Position numbers and translations under genes: made by a program. The notes beneath the pieces were generated by a model. That model did not search any database. It was not told the DNA's origin and saw nothing but the letters and a program-made list of their open reading frames with translations. DNA of 64,000 bases from the human T2T-CHM13v2.0 reference genome, Homo sapiens: the NCBI RefSeq assembly GCF_009914755.1, contig NC_060928.1; one strand, given 5' to 3'. This document shows positions 12,629 through 26,384 of the stretch, in pieces. Position 1 is the stretch's first letter. Every line of letters starts with the position of its first letter.

Positions 12629-15139
12629 TCCAGTTGTTCCAGCATCATTTGTTAAAAAAAAAATTATTTCTTCACTCCATTTTCTTGGCATCCTGAGTGA
12701 AAATCACTTGACCATGGAAATACAGGTTTATTTATGGAGTCTTAATTGTATTCCATTGATCTACATGTTAAACCTGATACCACTACCACACTGTCTTGAT
12801 TACTACAGCTTTTAAGATATGATATCAAGAAGTGTGAGTCCTCCAACTTTGGTCTGCTTCAAGATTGTGTTGGCTGGTTTGGTCTCTGACATTTCTATAT
12901 ATATTTTAAGATCACCTTGTCAATATCATCAAAGAAAAAAAAGCATATGATATTTAGACAAGGAATGTGTTAAAACTGTAGATCTAATTGGAGAATGTTT
13001 CAATCTTCAGAATATAGAGTCTTCCAATCTAAGAACATGGGAAGTCTTTCCATTTATTTAAGTCTTTAATTTCTCTCAACTATGTTTGTGGTATTAAGTG
13101 TGCAAGTCTTGCACTTCCATCATTAAATTAATTCTTAAATATTTAATTATTTAGATGCTATTTTAAATGGCATCAAGTTAATTTCCAGATTATTCATTAC
13201 TAGTGTAGAAAAATACAATTAATTTTTATGTATTGATCTTGAATCCTGCAAACTTGTCAAGCCTGTTTATGAGCACTAGTGGATTTTTTGGTATATAATT
13301 TAGGATTTTCTATTTGCAAGCTCATGTAATATTCAAATAGAGATAGTTTTACTTCTTATCTTGCAATCTCAATGTCTTTTATTCCTTTTTCTTGCATAAA
13401 TGCCAAGGCTAGAATCTCCAGCACAGTGCTGAATAACAAGTAGTGAGAATGAAAATCTTTACCTTGTGAATTATCTTAGAAAAAAAAAGATTTTGATCTT
13501 TCACCATTGAGTATGACGTTAGCTGTGGGGTTTTCGTTAGCCAGCTTTCCAGGTTCAGGTAATCGTCTGCTATCATGAAATAGTTTAGGATTTTATCAAA
13601 GGCTTTTTCTGTGTCTATGGGATCATCATGTGTTTTGTTATTATTGCTTTTCTAGTATGGCATATTATAATTTTTTTTGTTGTATGTTGAACTAATCTGT
13701 ATTCCTTCGATACATTGCATCTGGTCCCACTTTGTCTTACCTGGTGTAATTCTTTTAAGATATTGCTGGATACGATTTGTCAGTATTTTGGTAAGAATTT
13801 TCTGTGCTTATATTCACAAGGGATATTTGTCTGTAGTGATATTTTCTTGTGATGTTCTTATCTGATTTTGGTATGATGGCAGTGCTGGTCTCATAGAATA
13901 AGTTGAGAAGCGCTCACTTCTAATACATTTTTGGGAAAGCGTGCAAAAAAATGGTATTAATTTTTTTTAATTGGTAGAATTCACCAGTAAAGACATCTAG
14001 TCCTAAATTTTTTTATGGAATTTTTAAAAATATTATTTCAATCCCTTGACTTGTTATTGTTTTTTCATTTTCTGTTTCTTTTGAGTAGGTTTTGGCAGTC
14101 TGTATCTTTCTAAGAATTTGTATCTTTATCTAATTTAGCCAATCATTTTGTATACAGTTGTATATAGCAATCCTTTATCTTTTTAATATAAAATTGGTAG
14201 TATTGTCCCCTTTTTCATCCTGATTTTAGTAATTTGAGTATCCTCTCTTTTTCTTGATTATGCTAGCTAAAGATATGCCAATTGTGTTATTTATTTCAAA
14301 GATCCAGTGTTTGGTTTTTTTGTTGTTGTTTTTCTCTATAGTTTTTGTATCTCCATCTCATTTATTTTCATTCAAATTTTTATTATTTATTTATTTCTGC
14401 TTGATTAAGGTTTCTCTTGATTTTCTTTTTCCATTCCCTTAAGAAGGAAGATTGGGTTACTGATTTGTGATCTCTCTTCTTTTCTAATACAGGTATTTGC
14501 AGACATACATTTTTCTCTAATCATTTTTTAGCTTCATCTCATAAGTTTTGTTATACACTAATCTTTTTCAAATTCATTTTGAAGTACTTTCTGATCTGTC
14601 TTGTGACTTATTCTTTGATTATTTAGAAAGATGAGACTTAATTTCTACACATTTATAAATTTCCAAACTTTTATTTTCTTAATGTATTTATAATTTTATT
14701 CCATTGTTATTAGAAAACATACTCTGCATGATTTAAATTCTTTAAATTTATTGAAGCTAATTTTATGGCTTAATTTATGGTCTATCTGGAGGAATGTTCC
14801 ATGTGCACTTGAGAAGAATTTGTCTTCTGTTTTGTTGGATGGATTATTTTATATGAGATGTCTGCTTATTCTGGCTGGTTTATATTGCCATTCAAGTATT
14901 CCATTTCCTTGCTTATCTTATGCCTAATTGTCCTATCTGTAATTGAAAGTTGGTTATTAAAATCTCCAACTGTTACCGTTCAACTGTCAAACTCCCCCTT
15001 CAATTATGTCAGTTTTGTTTCATATATTTCATGGCTCTGTTGTTGGGGCACATTTATACCTTCTTGTTTGACCTTTTTATTATTATAGAATATAATTTTT
15101 GTCATTAGCAATAACTTTGTAGTCTTAAAGTACATTTTG

Positions 15140-15218
15140 TTGGAACTATACATAGAAGATTAGCATTGCCTCAGTGCAAGGATGATGCACAAATTCATAA
15201 AGCATCCCATAATTTTTT
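15140..15218 (+). pseudogene. 5'-truncated U6 snRNA retrocopy (RNU6 pseudogene)
   Basis: TTGGAACTATACATAGAAGATTAGCATTGCCTCAGTGCAAGGATGATGCACAAATTCATAAAGCATCCCATAATTTTTT matches U6 from about nt 30 to the 3' end; 14-bp TSD AAAGTACATTTTGT / AAAGTATATTATGT (15127-15140, 15220-15233). Confidence 0.9.
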
Positions 15219-16175
15219 AAAAGTATATTATGTCTTTTATTTGTATCACTACCTCAGTTTTCATGTTATTGTTTGTTTGCCTTGAATATCTGTTTCTATC
15301 CTTTTTCTTTAAACCTATTTGTATCGTTCACTTGAAGTATGTGTGTTGTAGCAATACATAGTTATATCTTTTTTTTTCATTCTGGTAATTTCAGCCTATT
15401 ACATGGATAATTAGAATATTTGATTCATTTGCATATAGTGTAATTCCTGACAGTTTGAGACTTACATCTGCCATTCAGCTATTTGTTTTTACATATCATG
15501 TGTAATTTCTGTTTTTCTTTCTCCATTTTTTTTCCTCATTACTGCCTTATGTTGTACAGGTACTCTATAGTATCACATTTTAGTTCTCTTGCTATGTCAT
15601 TTATTATTTTCTTTAGTTATTTTCTCAGTGCTTATCCTGTGGCTTCTCATTATCATGTTAACTTACAACACTCTATCTCGGATTAATAATAACTTAATTA
15701 CAGTAGTATACAAAATTTGTTCCTATTCATCTTTATCTTTCCTCCTTTGTTCTGATGTCATACAAATGATATAGTTTTGCATTGTATCTCATCAACACAG
15801 ACTTATAACCACTGTCTTATGCAGCTGTCTTTTAATTCAGAAAGGAGAAGAGATGAGATAAGAATAAAAATACATTTGTGCTATCTTTTATATGTTTCTA
15901 TGTAATTCTTCAATGGTGTCTTTTATTCTTTCTTGTAGATTTCAGTTACTGTCTAGTACCATTTCATTTCTCTCTAAAGGATTCAGCTTAGTATTTCTTA
16001 TAGGGAAGCAGTCTACTAGTATTTTTGTTGTTCTTGTTTTGTTTTGTTGTTTTTAGCAGTTTGACTGTGTCATCCCAATCCTCTGGCCCCCTAGGCTTAT
16101 GTTACAAAGTCAGTTTTAGTCCTATAGAGAACACTTTGCGCTGATGAATCATTTCTTCTTGCTGATTTCAAGTTC

Positions 16176-16772
16176 CACCGTTGTAGAAAGTGGTGTGGTA
16201 GTTCCTCAAAGAATTAAAACAGGATTACCATTTGACCCAGTAATCCTATTATTGAGTACATACCCAAAGGAATATAAATAATTCTACCATGAAGATATAT
16301 GAATGCATATGTTCATTTCAGCACTATTCACAATAGCAAAAACATAGAATCAACCTAAATGCCCATCAATAATAATCCAGATAAAGAAAATGTGGTATAT
16401 ATACATCATGGAATACTATGCAGTCATAAAAAGAACAAGATCATGTCCTTTGCAGCAAGTTAGATGGAGCTGGAGGCTGTTATCCTACCTAAGCAAACTA
16501 ATGCAAGAAAAGAAAACCAGAAACTGTATGTTCTCAATTATAAGTGGGAGCTAAATCATGAGAACACATGGACCCAAAGAGAGGAACAACAAACACTGGT
16601 GCCTACTTCAGGGTAGAAAGTGGAAGGAGGGAAAAGATTTAAAAAACTACCTATTGGGTGCTATGCTTATTACCTGGGTGACAAAATAATCTGTATACCA
16701 AACACCTGTGACATGAATTTTACCTGTATAACAAATTTGCACATGGACACCTAGACATAAAAATTTTAAAAA
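16176..16772 (+). mobile_element. L1PA15/16-like 3' fragment
   Basis: TACCATTTGACCCAG..., AAAAACTACCTATTGGGTGCTATGCTTATTACCTGGGTGACAAAATAATCTGTA and an A-rich end. Confidence 0.85.
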
Positions 16773-17610
16773 GATTGCCTTGCAAGTGAAGTCTTCCAAG
16801 AAACTACCACAACAGTCCAATAATGTCAGTTCTCTGGGAATGAAGGTTAGAAGAAGATGCAGCACAGCTTTGCCTCTTCCTTTGGCTATCAGACTGCTAG
16901 TTTTCACAGTAATTGTGATCTCTTAGTTTTCAAGGTTACTCTGGAGCTGGGAAGTAGATGGAAATAGAAAAAGCCAAAGTGCCACAAAACACACTGATTT
17001 AACTGAGATTCAGCTTTTTTCTTGGATGCACACTCTGAATTGCTGCCAGCCTAAGTTTAATTTCCAGTGTTCTGAAAGCTGATTCTGACAACTTCCTGCC
17101 AGTGTTCTCATTCATTTTACAGAGAATACAATTATTGAAGCTCCTTACATAACCATTTTCACTGAAGTCCAGCTACACATAATTTTACACAATATTTTTA
17201 TATACCATAAATCTCTAATGAAAATCTTTAAAAACTAAAATATAGACTAAATACACATAATATAAAATGTTTCACATAAAAGGACAATAATTTCTATAAT
17301 ACGCTAGATTGCTTTATCTGATGAACAAGACATGGTATGCCAATGTAGAAGTATCTGTCATAGCTATTTTCTTTTAAAATATCTCATCGATCTATCAGCA
17401 ACTAATTTATCTCAACAGAAATGAAGGCTAGAAAAATAGCAACCACAGAATACCTTAATCTCTCAACCTGGTTGTTTTTGCCAACTTATTTGTTCATTTA
17501 TTTATCCCACAGATATTAACTATGCTGAGCATTGAGGACACAGCTCTCAAGAAGACCCTGACCCACATGTTTCACATTCTGATTTAATAACAGTACTTCA
17601 CTACTAAATA

Positions 17611-18164
17611 AGTCAGAGGCATGTGAACCAGAGCAACTTCATCCTGAATAGGAGCTGGGTAAAATAAGCCTAGGACCTACTGGGCTGCATTCCCAGATGG
17701 TTAAGACATTCAAAGTCACAGAATGAGATAGGAAGTCACCACAAGATATGGGGAATAAAGACCTTCCTAATAAAACAGGTTGCAGTAAAGAAGCTGGCTA
17801 AAACCCACCAAACCCGAGATGGCGACTAGAGTGACCTCTGGTTGTCCCCACTGTTACACTCCCACCAGCACCAGCACAGTTTACAAATGCTATGCCAATG
17901 TCAGGAAGTTATCCGATACAGTCCAGAGAGGGTAGGCATAAATAATCCACTCCATGTTGAGCATATCATCAAAAAACAACCATAAAAGTGGGCAACCAGC
18001 AGCCCTAGGGGCTGCTCTATTTATGGAGTAGCCATTCTTTTATTCCTTTACTTCCTTAATAAAGTTGTTTTTGCTTTACACTGTGGACTCATCCTGAATT
18101 CTTTCTTGGGTGAGATCCAAGAACCCTCTCTTGAGGTCTCGACTGGGACCCCTTTCCTGTAACA
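17611..18164 (+). mobile_element. MER41A solo LTR (ERV1) inserted in an L2 relic
   Basis: GTCAGAGGCATGTGAACCAGAGCAAC...GGGACCCCTTTCCTGTAACA, 554 bp, AATAAA signal, imperfect TSD AATA/AACA. Confidence 0.85.
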
Positions 18165-18604
18165 AACAGGTGTATTTACAAATTGTTATAGAATGGAGAA
18201 AAGAGCATCATTAAATCTATCTAGGTTTGGAGGGATGTCCCACAATGGTATTGCCATCTTAGATGAAAATGTTAAGATTAAATTAGACTCTGCCAGAAGA
18301 AGCAAGGAGCGTAAGGGTTGGGGGATGACATTAAACACTTTATAATGACTTCAGAAGAATCATTCAAACTACAATGCTTACAAGTGTTAGTTAAATCAGT
18401 CAAATCAAAGATCTGGCTTCCAGCTAAAGAAAGATGTAAAAATAGAGAAATTAAAAGATGATATGCATTATCAATTCCCCCTTTTTATGGTAATATTCCT
18501 TCCAATTATTACTAGTATTTTACATACTTTGTAGGACTAACATCTTGCTTGTCCTGTATTAGGTATGTGCACATTTGTGTCTCCTATTAGATTATAACTC
18601 CAAT

Positions 18605-18888
18605 CTTTGTTTCTTTAGAGATGGGGACTTGCTGTGTCACCGAGGCTGGAGTGCAGTGGCAGGATCATGCTCACTGTAGCCTTAAACTCCTGTGCACAAG
18701 AGATTCTCCCACCTCAGCTGTGAGTGTCTGGGGCTACAGGCACACTCCACCCAAACTAAGTATTTTAACTTTGTATAGAAAGGGTGTCTCACCATGTTGC
18801 CCAGTCTGGTCTTGAACTCCTGGTCTCCAGCCATTCTCCCGATTTAGCCTCCCAAGTCTTTGGGATTACAGGCATGGGCCACCATATG
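18605..18888 (-). mobile_element. Old AluJ inserted in an L2 3' end
   Basis: Dimeric antisense Alu with J-type text GATCATGCTCACTGTAGCCTTAAACTCCTG; heavily CpG-decayed. Confidence 0.85.
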
Positions 18889-21834
18889 TGTTCCCATTTT
18901 TTTTCTATCCCCACAGGGTTAGCAAAGTGCTATGTATGTAGTTGGTGCACCCCAAGTTTTGACAATAGGAAAGAAAACTATGGGACTACTACCTAATATC
19001 CCACAGCTAATTCTGAAGTACATTATAAAATTATTGAGTTTGGAATGAATTTTGTGGCCATACTTACACAAACCTCAGCATCTTCAATTCTAATCACAGT
19101 CAAAATTGTTTTGGATATAATGGTAAACAAGATCATCTTCAAGAGTGAAGACTAATAGAAGAATGTAGGATCCATCCTTCAAATAATTAATTTAGATGCT
19201 TTTGTTTGCCTAACACTTCTCCTTAATTTACAATTTTCATAGTCTAATCATAAAGTGAAATTCTAAATAAAAAGTTAGTTCATACTGAATGTATTAAGAA
19301 TGTCTTTTTTCTACCCCAGACATCAGGATTCCTTAAAATAATGCTGTTTTCATTTGCTATTTGCCATTCATTCTCAACAGTAAAATTTAAGAGAAAAGTT
19401 AAATGAAACATTTCACATGCCCCCTAGTTATTCAGAATAGAAGCAACAAACTAGTGACCAAAGGTGAGTGTTTAGTTTTACTTGCACAAAGTTAAAATAA
19501 TTTTTTTCAACATGTAAAATTTAGGAGATTGTATATGAAAATCTAGTTATGTGACCTCCCTTTTAAAAATCAGGATATCTGCGAAGTGGAAGCAACCTCC
19601 TGGAGTGGAAGAGCATTTTCTCCCTCCCGTGTCACAGTCCTCAGAGTTTTCTTTAGTCTTTCAGACGCTGAGGGTTATGTCAGCTGCAATTCATCTCCAT
19701 GCTGTCTCTGTTTTCATAGAAGATTTAAGAGTAAAGTAAAATGTTTTTGTGCATGCATTTTTATCTAGAGAGGGGAAATTAAATGTGGATGTTCCAAGAA
19801 AAATGTGAGAAAATGTATCTCTCTTTTGAAAATGAAAATATTACTAAATGCTTAAGATTGAAATGAAATGTTTCTACACATATAAATCAATGTGTCACTA
19901 ATAAACAATACATATTAAGTAGTGTGACTGGAACATGCACAAACAACTTAATAACCACAACAAAAATGCCTGAAATTTAACTGGGTTTGTTTCTGAATTA
20001 GATTAAGTGACACTGCTTGCTATAAATGTATTAAGTGAAAAAATGGCTGAGTATCAAAATCATTTACTGTAGGCAAATGTATTAAAGTCCTCAGAGTGTA
20101 GCAAAAATGATAAGTCCTAAACTAAAGCAAGCATTTGTAAATGTAAATTTGTCCAAAAATGCAATTGTTTAGCAGGTTGAAGAAATGGGAGAATACCCAC
20201 AGCACACTAGCTATTTTTGTTTTAATGGCAAATTATAGGTGACTAAGAGACTTATATATACATGCACTGCCTATAATAATTATGTATCCAAATGGCTGCT
20301 TCTTGGTTATTGAAAATTGAAGATAAACAAGTCTGTAGTGGTTTGGAATCTGACTGGTGATGATACCTTTGTACAAAACAAACAAAATAAGTTGGAACTT
20401 TCGAAAGGAACGCAAATTTAAATCCATCCATTGCATCATTTACCAACAATTGCCTTGCTAAAGCATTACATACGGACCATGTCAGGCATGCAACAATGAG
20501 AAATGTGAACTAGAAATGTTCTCATGGTTTTAACCATAGACAGTTGAGGCTGCACGTGATGTTTGTACAGACATCTCACCCGCCATTTACCGACTACTGC
20601 GCAACTCACTAATGAATCTTGCGGGGGTGATTTTTGATCTTTGAAAGAAATTTATTTGCTCATGTCAAACAAGAAAAATCCCCAATCTTGGCTCACCAAT
20701 AAAAACCAAATTAACATTTTGGCATTTTTTTGTTTGACATTATAACCTTACAAACCCTTTGAATATTCATATTTAAGGGCATTCAGAAGTAATTACATAA
20801 ATGCATTCTTCACTCCTTTCTAATGAAATTGAGTTCTTTAGAAATTCATAAGTAATGAATTATCTGGCACACTTTCTTGTACTTATGTCATTTCCAAAGG
20901 TTAAATAATAGTTTGAGCTATACACACAAATTGTGAAGTTGAAAATTGATTTTCAAAAACTATTTCTTGACTTTCAGTTTTATGAAAATGAACTAAATAT
21001 GACCATTTTTCTTTGCCAGTTAATAATGGTCAAAGAATGAGGAGTTCCAAAATGAATTTTTTGAATTGCAGTGTAACATAGTCAGAAACAATAAATATGA
21101 CCATTTGGGATATCACAAACTGAAACTCTATCTTGAATTGTTATCCAATCTATTAAATAAACCATTGATCAAATAGCATTTTCCACAGTCTATATTTAGG
21201 GGCACCTATATTATATGTGTGCAGCATTTTTTCTTACACAAAAAAAGAATATATATCATTCCAGATAAATAATTCGATGCTGAATTTTTGTACTGCACAT
21301 CTCTACAAAAAAATTCAAGAACTGACATTCACATCTTGATGCAAAAGAAAATCTGTCAGGCTTTTAGTTTCAAATCAAAGGAGGCATAAACTATATTAAA
21401 AAAACTAAACATCTCTATTTTTTCAACTTACATTTTTTAAGGTTTAATTTTAAAATAATCTAAAATATATTATGTATATAATTTGGATATGTATGCCATA
21501 ATTAGGTAAAACAATGAATGTTCAGTTACGTTCAATTGTTCACTTATGGTCAGAATGTTCAATTGACATATGTATGCCATAATTAGGTAAAATAATGAAT
21601 ATTCATTTATGTCTTTTACAATTAACTTTACTGTTCCCTGGCCATTCTTCATGAGTAAAACCCTTCTGGCACTCAATTTGAACACCATGCTTTTACATGT
21701 GATATATATATTTCAAACAGCTGCTGTATTAGTATACCTAAAATGAAGACTTATTAAGTAATTTGATAGGAAAAAAAAAGTTCTAGAAGGCTTTGAAGAT
21801 ATTCAAAGGAAGGACCTAGTATAAGATTGAGGTA

Positions 21835-22206
21835 TGTGTTAGTCAGTTCAGGGCACTATAAAAAAGCACCATAGACTGGGCATATGATAAACAACAAAAA
21901 TTTATTTCTCACAATTCTGGGGGCTGGAAGTCAGGGATGAGGGTCCCAACATAGTCAGGTTCTGGTGAATGACTTCTTCCTGGTTGCAGACTGCTAAGTT
22001 ACTGTATCTTCATGTGGCAAAAAAAAAAAAAAAGAAAAGAAAAGCACCTAGCTATTTCTCTGGCTTCTTATAAGTGCACAAATCCCATTCATGAGGGCTC
22101 TACTCTCATGACCTAATCACCTCCTCAAAGCCTCTAATACCATTAAATTGAACATTAGATTTCAACATATAAATGTTTGGTGGACACAAATATTCAGGTT
22201 ACAATA
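21835..22206 (-). mobile_element. MLT1A-type MaLR solo LTR with an internal A-rich expansion at 22019-22043
   Basis: TGTGTTAGTC..CCATAGACTGGG..AATTTATTTCTCACAATTCTGGGGGCTGGAAGTC..GGACACAAATATTCAG. Confidence 0.8.
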
Positions 22207-24224
22207 GGATGATATCAGAAAAGACTGAGTGACTGAAATTCTAAGAGGGTGATATTGAAATTGGTTATCTACCAAAGTACAAGATCAAATGACCATTTTT
22301 ATATTTTTAGTAATTTATTAACAGGATAGTGACAAGTGTGCTAACTCTTTTGGTGATAGTCACGAAATCAGTCTCACAAACAAACCAGTATAGAACATTC
22401 TGAAATAACTAATAAGTCAATGAAGCATGGATGGTGAACAGCTAAGTGTAAGAGCAGTGGAAGGGAGCCAACGAAAAGCTACCAGGAATAAAGGAGCACC
22501 CACGGAGTCTGCCTGATGACTAAGCAGAGATGCACGAACAAAATAAATCAGATTGAAGACTTCATCACCAGTCTTTTCTGTTTTATGCTCTCATCCATAT
22601 CCTGCATGCAGGAGGTATTTCAGGGAAAAGATTGATAATTTTCAAATATATTTTTGAAGCTAAGTGAAATAAGTATAACCCTGGTAAATTATAGAATCCT
22701 GGGACAACATTCCTGCCTTCCACTAATGTTTCCTTTGCCCAGAATCTGCATTCTCACGATCTTCAGCCAAAAATAAAACTCCCAAGTTGTTATAAAACAG
22801 ATGCAGTAACATTAACTGTATCTCAGTAATCAAGTAATATTTGATATTAAATTATACCGCTGACTTTTATTCTCCTCTAATGATAATAAAATGACTTGGA
22901 GTAATTACATGGGCAGTTATCTGTTAACATTTCAATTATAACATTATGAGGTTTGCTTAATTGTCTTCACTGGGGGTACCACAAGTCAAACCTACAAGTG
23001 GTGGTCCACCACATTAAACGTGAATCTACTATTGGCAATTTATGCTCAGGTCATTGGCTACAAGGCAGAAGACTAAAAAGGTAATGTTTCCAGATGACAC
23101 TCAATTTTAAAGTGATCCAGGGCTTTAGAATCATCTTTTTATACTGTATATCCATGAAAGGAACAAACAAAGGCCAGTGGGTACCACACCATCTTTAGAC
23201 TTCTCGGTGGAAAACCTCAGCACTCTAGAAGCTAAATAGCTGAGAATAAAGAGCCACGTGGGCATTTGAGCTTATTTTTTAAATTTAAATTATTTTGATT
23301 TTTACAGTAATATTGGTAAACATAATGGAAAGTGCCCTTCAGAAATTCACCTATATTCTCTTTAGCCCAGTACTTAATACTGTACTTCATAAAGATCCAT
23401 CCCTGAGGTCATCCCACATTATGCAGGAAGGTCATGAGGCTGTGAGTCCTCATTGCAATGGCACAATCATACCCAGAGGTTAGCATATGGTGCAAACCTT
23501 TCAATGCATGCAGAGCCCCTCCTGGATGGGTGTTTCAAATCTTGTCTCTCTTGCTTCTCCTGTACTATTCTCCACCTCTAACTTCTTCACTCCTTGTACT
23601 TGCCATATTCTGGCAAGGTAGTCTCTAGCTTGCAGTTTCTATACTTTAATGGAAAGACTTTAAATCCTACAACTCCATCATTGGAACATCAACAGAATAA
23701 GATCTTTCCTCATTTGTGGAATATTGATTGTTTTAATATATTTTTAATCCTTTTTGGTTTCTTTCCCTTTATTGTCTCTTGCCAAGACCTCTGGAGACAT
23801 GGAAATTAGCAGGAATGAGGAGGAAGATAAAGCGATGCTGCATTTGCCAAAACCAGGCTCACAAATTCTCTATATTCCACCATAAACTTTAGCCTCCAAA
23901 GTATTCAGAAAAGTTTGCTTCATAATATTTATCAGGATTCTTAAGCATGTAAACAACTTGATTTAGTATGTGAGAGACTAGGTTTTCCTGAGTTTGTAGG
24001 AGGATAAATTTTAAATTATAAAAAGGAAAAATAGGAGACTAGAAGGATACTCTATTTATTGACGTCACTCTGCACCAGGTTCTAGATAGGAAGTTATAGA
24101 ATTTACTTCATTTAAATTAGAGTCAATTCTCCTATTAAATTGTAAAAGAAGAAGTAGGATAATTATCTTCTGTATTTTAGTAATACTTTATGAAAACCCA
24201 CACAACACACATATGTGAAAAAGG

Positions 24225-24450
24225 AGACTGGGCTCCAGAGCCTGACTGCCAGGGTCAAGGCCAGCTCTACGACCCACTAGCTGTGTGACCCTGAGTCAGT
24301 TAATTCTTGGTGGATTCATTTCCTTTATAAAATTGAGATAATAATATCATCTGGCTTCTGAGGTTATTTTAAGGAACACAAGAGTCAATAAATGTAAAGG
24401 GCTTGGCCCAATGAACTGGCCCAGTGTAGACACTCTATTAATGTGGTAAT
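24225..24450 (+). mobile_element. MIR
   Basis: CACTAGCTGTGTGACCCTGAGTCAGTTA..TTTCCTTTATAAAATTGAGATAATAATA. Confidence 0.7.
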
Positions 24451-26384
24451 TAAGTTAGAGTCATAACTTTAGCCCCTGCTTGCTTCCTTGATTGGACACA
24501 AACTGTACAATGATATGTGGAGGCAACAGGAGGGTTTTTTGTTCTTTTTTCTTTTGGTTTGATTTCATTTGGATTTTAGTTTACTAGTTTTTTGTTGTGG
24601 TTCATTTTTTGTTATTGTTGTGTTTTGTTTTGGATTTTTAGCAGATGGAGGAACTAAAACTAAGAAAAAATAAACAAAAACCTATGAAAGCCAATTTTCT
24701 TCCTAATGTCTTGCTGGTTTCAAATTAAGACTATTGTAAAGAGGCAGGAGTTGTCATTAACTACTATATTCTTAGAAACATCTATTTATTGTTGTGTATA
24801 TTTCCAATCGAGAAAACAGCTTAGAAATGTTTGCCCTGAAATTTCAGAATGTATTAATGGATAATGGGTTTCTTTTCATTCATCAGAGATTTCATTTGAA
24901 AAGTTACGATCATTTAAAATATTTTAAAATTAATACTATTATTTGCTTTTTAATTCCCTCTCATTGGAATTTTTTAATTCTTTAATATTTGTTTTCCATC
25001 GGAAAAAGGGCAGCCTAGATTGTCCCATAGCTTATTTGTTTACATCCTCAACGTTCATAACTGCAGGGCACTTATGTCTAATTCAGCTATGATTTCCAAC
25101 TTTTTGGGGATCTGAATAAGTTCTCAAGATCCTGGAGGCATCAACTGCATTTATGAAAGAGCCAATGAGGCTATCAGATTCAACCAAGCTGAGCTTCCCA
25201 CCCAATCTAATGTTTATAATGATTAAAGTGATACAATTGCAAATCCTACTCCCACCACCCAACAAACCTCCAACCCTTCAGATAATGGAAAAGTCACAAA
25301 AGATGGCATCAGAACCAATAAAGTTCTACTCAACTCTTCTAGAAGAAAGATAGTTATAAAGCATCTATTTCTTTTCTCTTTTATTCATTTTCCACTTCTG
25401 TTGCAAACAAAATAATATTAAATCAACAAAAGCTGGAGTCAAGCTTGGAGTCAAATTAGAGTAGGTATGAGCTAGATTAGGAATAGGGTGACAAGTTCAG
25501 TTTGGACAGCACAACCTACATTTAACTTTGTCTTTAGGAAAAAGGAGATAAATACTGATTTAAAAGGAAAATCAATAATATAATTAAACAAGCTCTCATC
25601 TTGCTTTGTTAATTCTAAATTATTTTCTGATTTGGCTTTCTGTTGCCCTATTTTGGTGTTCTTAAAAAACATGATATGCTAGAGGTCATTTTTATTTGCT
25701 GATATTCAGTGCTTTTCATCATCAAACTATACCTGCTCCTAATACAGGCCCCCAACCATTCAGCCATTGAGAAGGTAGTGATTTTCACCGGTGTGATTTC
25801 CTCCCAATGACATTTCTTTCAAATAAGAAAATCTGTGTGAAGTGGCTTTGTGACTATGAGTAAATTGTTTGAAGTTTAAAATGTCAAATATTGGCAATAA
25901 CCATGTTAATTTTGTAAGTTTGGAAAGTAAAGCAAAATAAATGTTGACTTTTCATTTCCCAGGGAGGACCTAATACTATTCTAGTAATCCCCAATCCTCT
26001 GGCTACCCTTTCTTAAATTATACCTATGCCAGCTGGAATGTAAATCACAGAGGTATGCAACTCTCATAGCACAGGAGGTCTTTTAATCATAGTCAAGAAT
26101 AAAACTAGAATCACTATCTATTTTCTGGTCTAGTTCTTTATTTAAAGGCTAACCCTAGGGAGAAAATGCAAAGTTCACTTATTTCCTTGTAACAACAATG
26201 AAGAAACACTTCATTCCATTTCAGACGCATCTTCAAGTGATTGCCCACACAACTGAATGTTGTTATAGAAATATGGTATTTATGAATAGCTAAAAGTTGA
26301 ATATATGAGTTCCAGTGGGAAACTAGCATATGTCCATGTGAGGAAGATGTCCTATAAGAATTTTGCAAAACATGCAGTTTGTGA

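Larger units (their letters stand above)
9855..17170 (-). mobile_element. Long, old L1M (L1MB-like) element hosting later insertions
   Basis: T-rich antisense L1 3' UTR at 9855-10610; ORF2-derived antisense text resumes at ~12160 in register and runs to ~16170; L1M 5'-like region to ~17170. Confidence 0.8.

Noticed and set aside
17611-18164. Interferon-inducible MER41 enhancer
   Set aside because: I found no TTCNNNGAA GAS motif, and the length fits MER41A, not the STAT1-bound MER41B
21487-21609. CRISPR-like repeat-spacer unit
   Set aside because: Only two repeats, eukaryotic context, no cas genes
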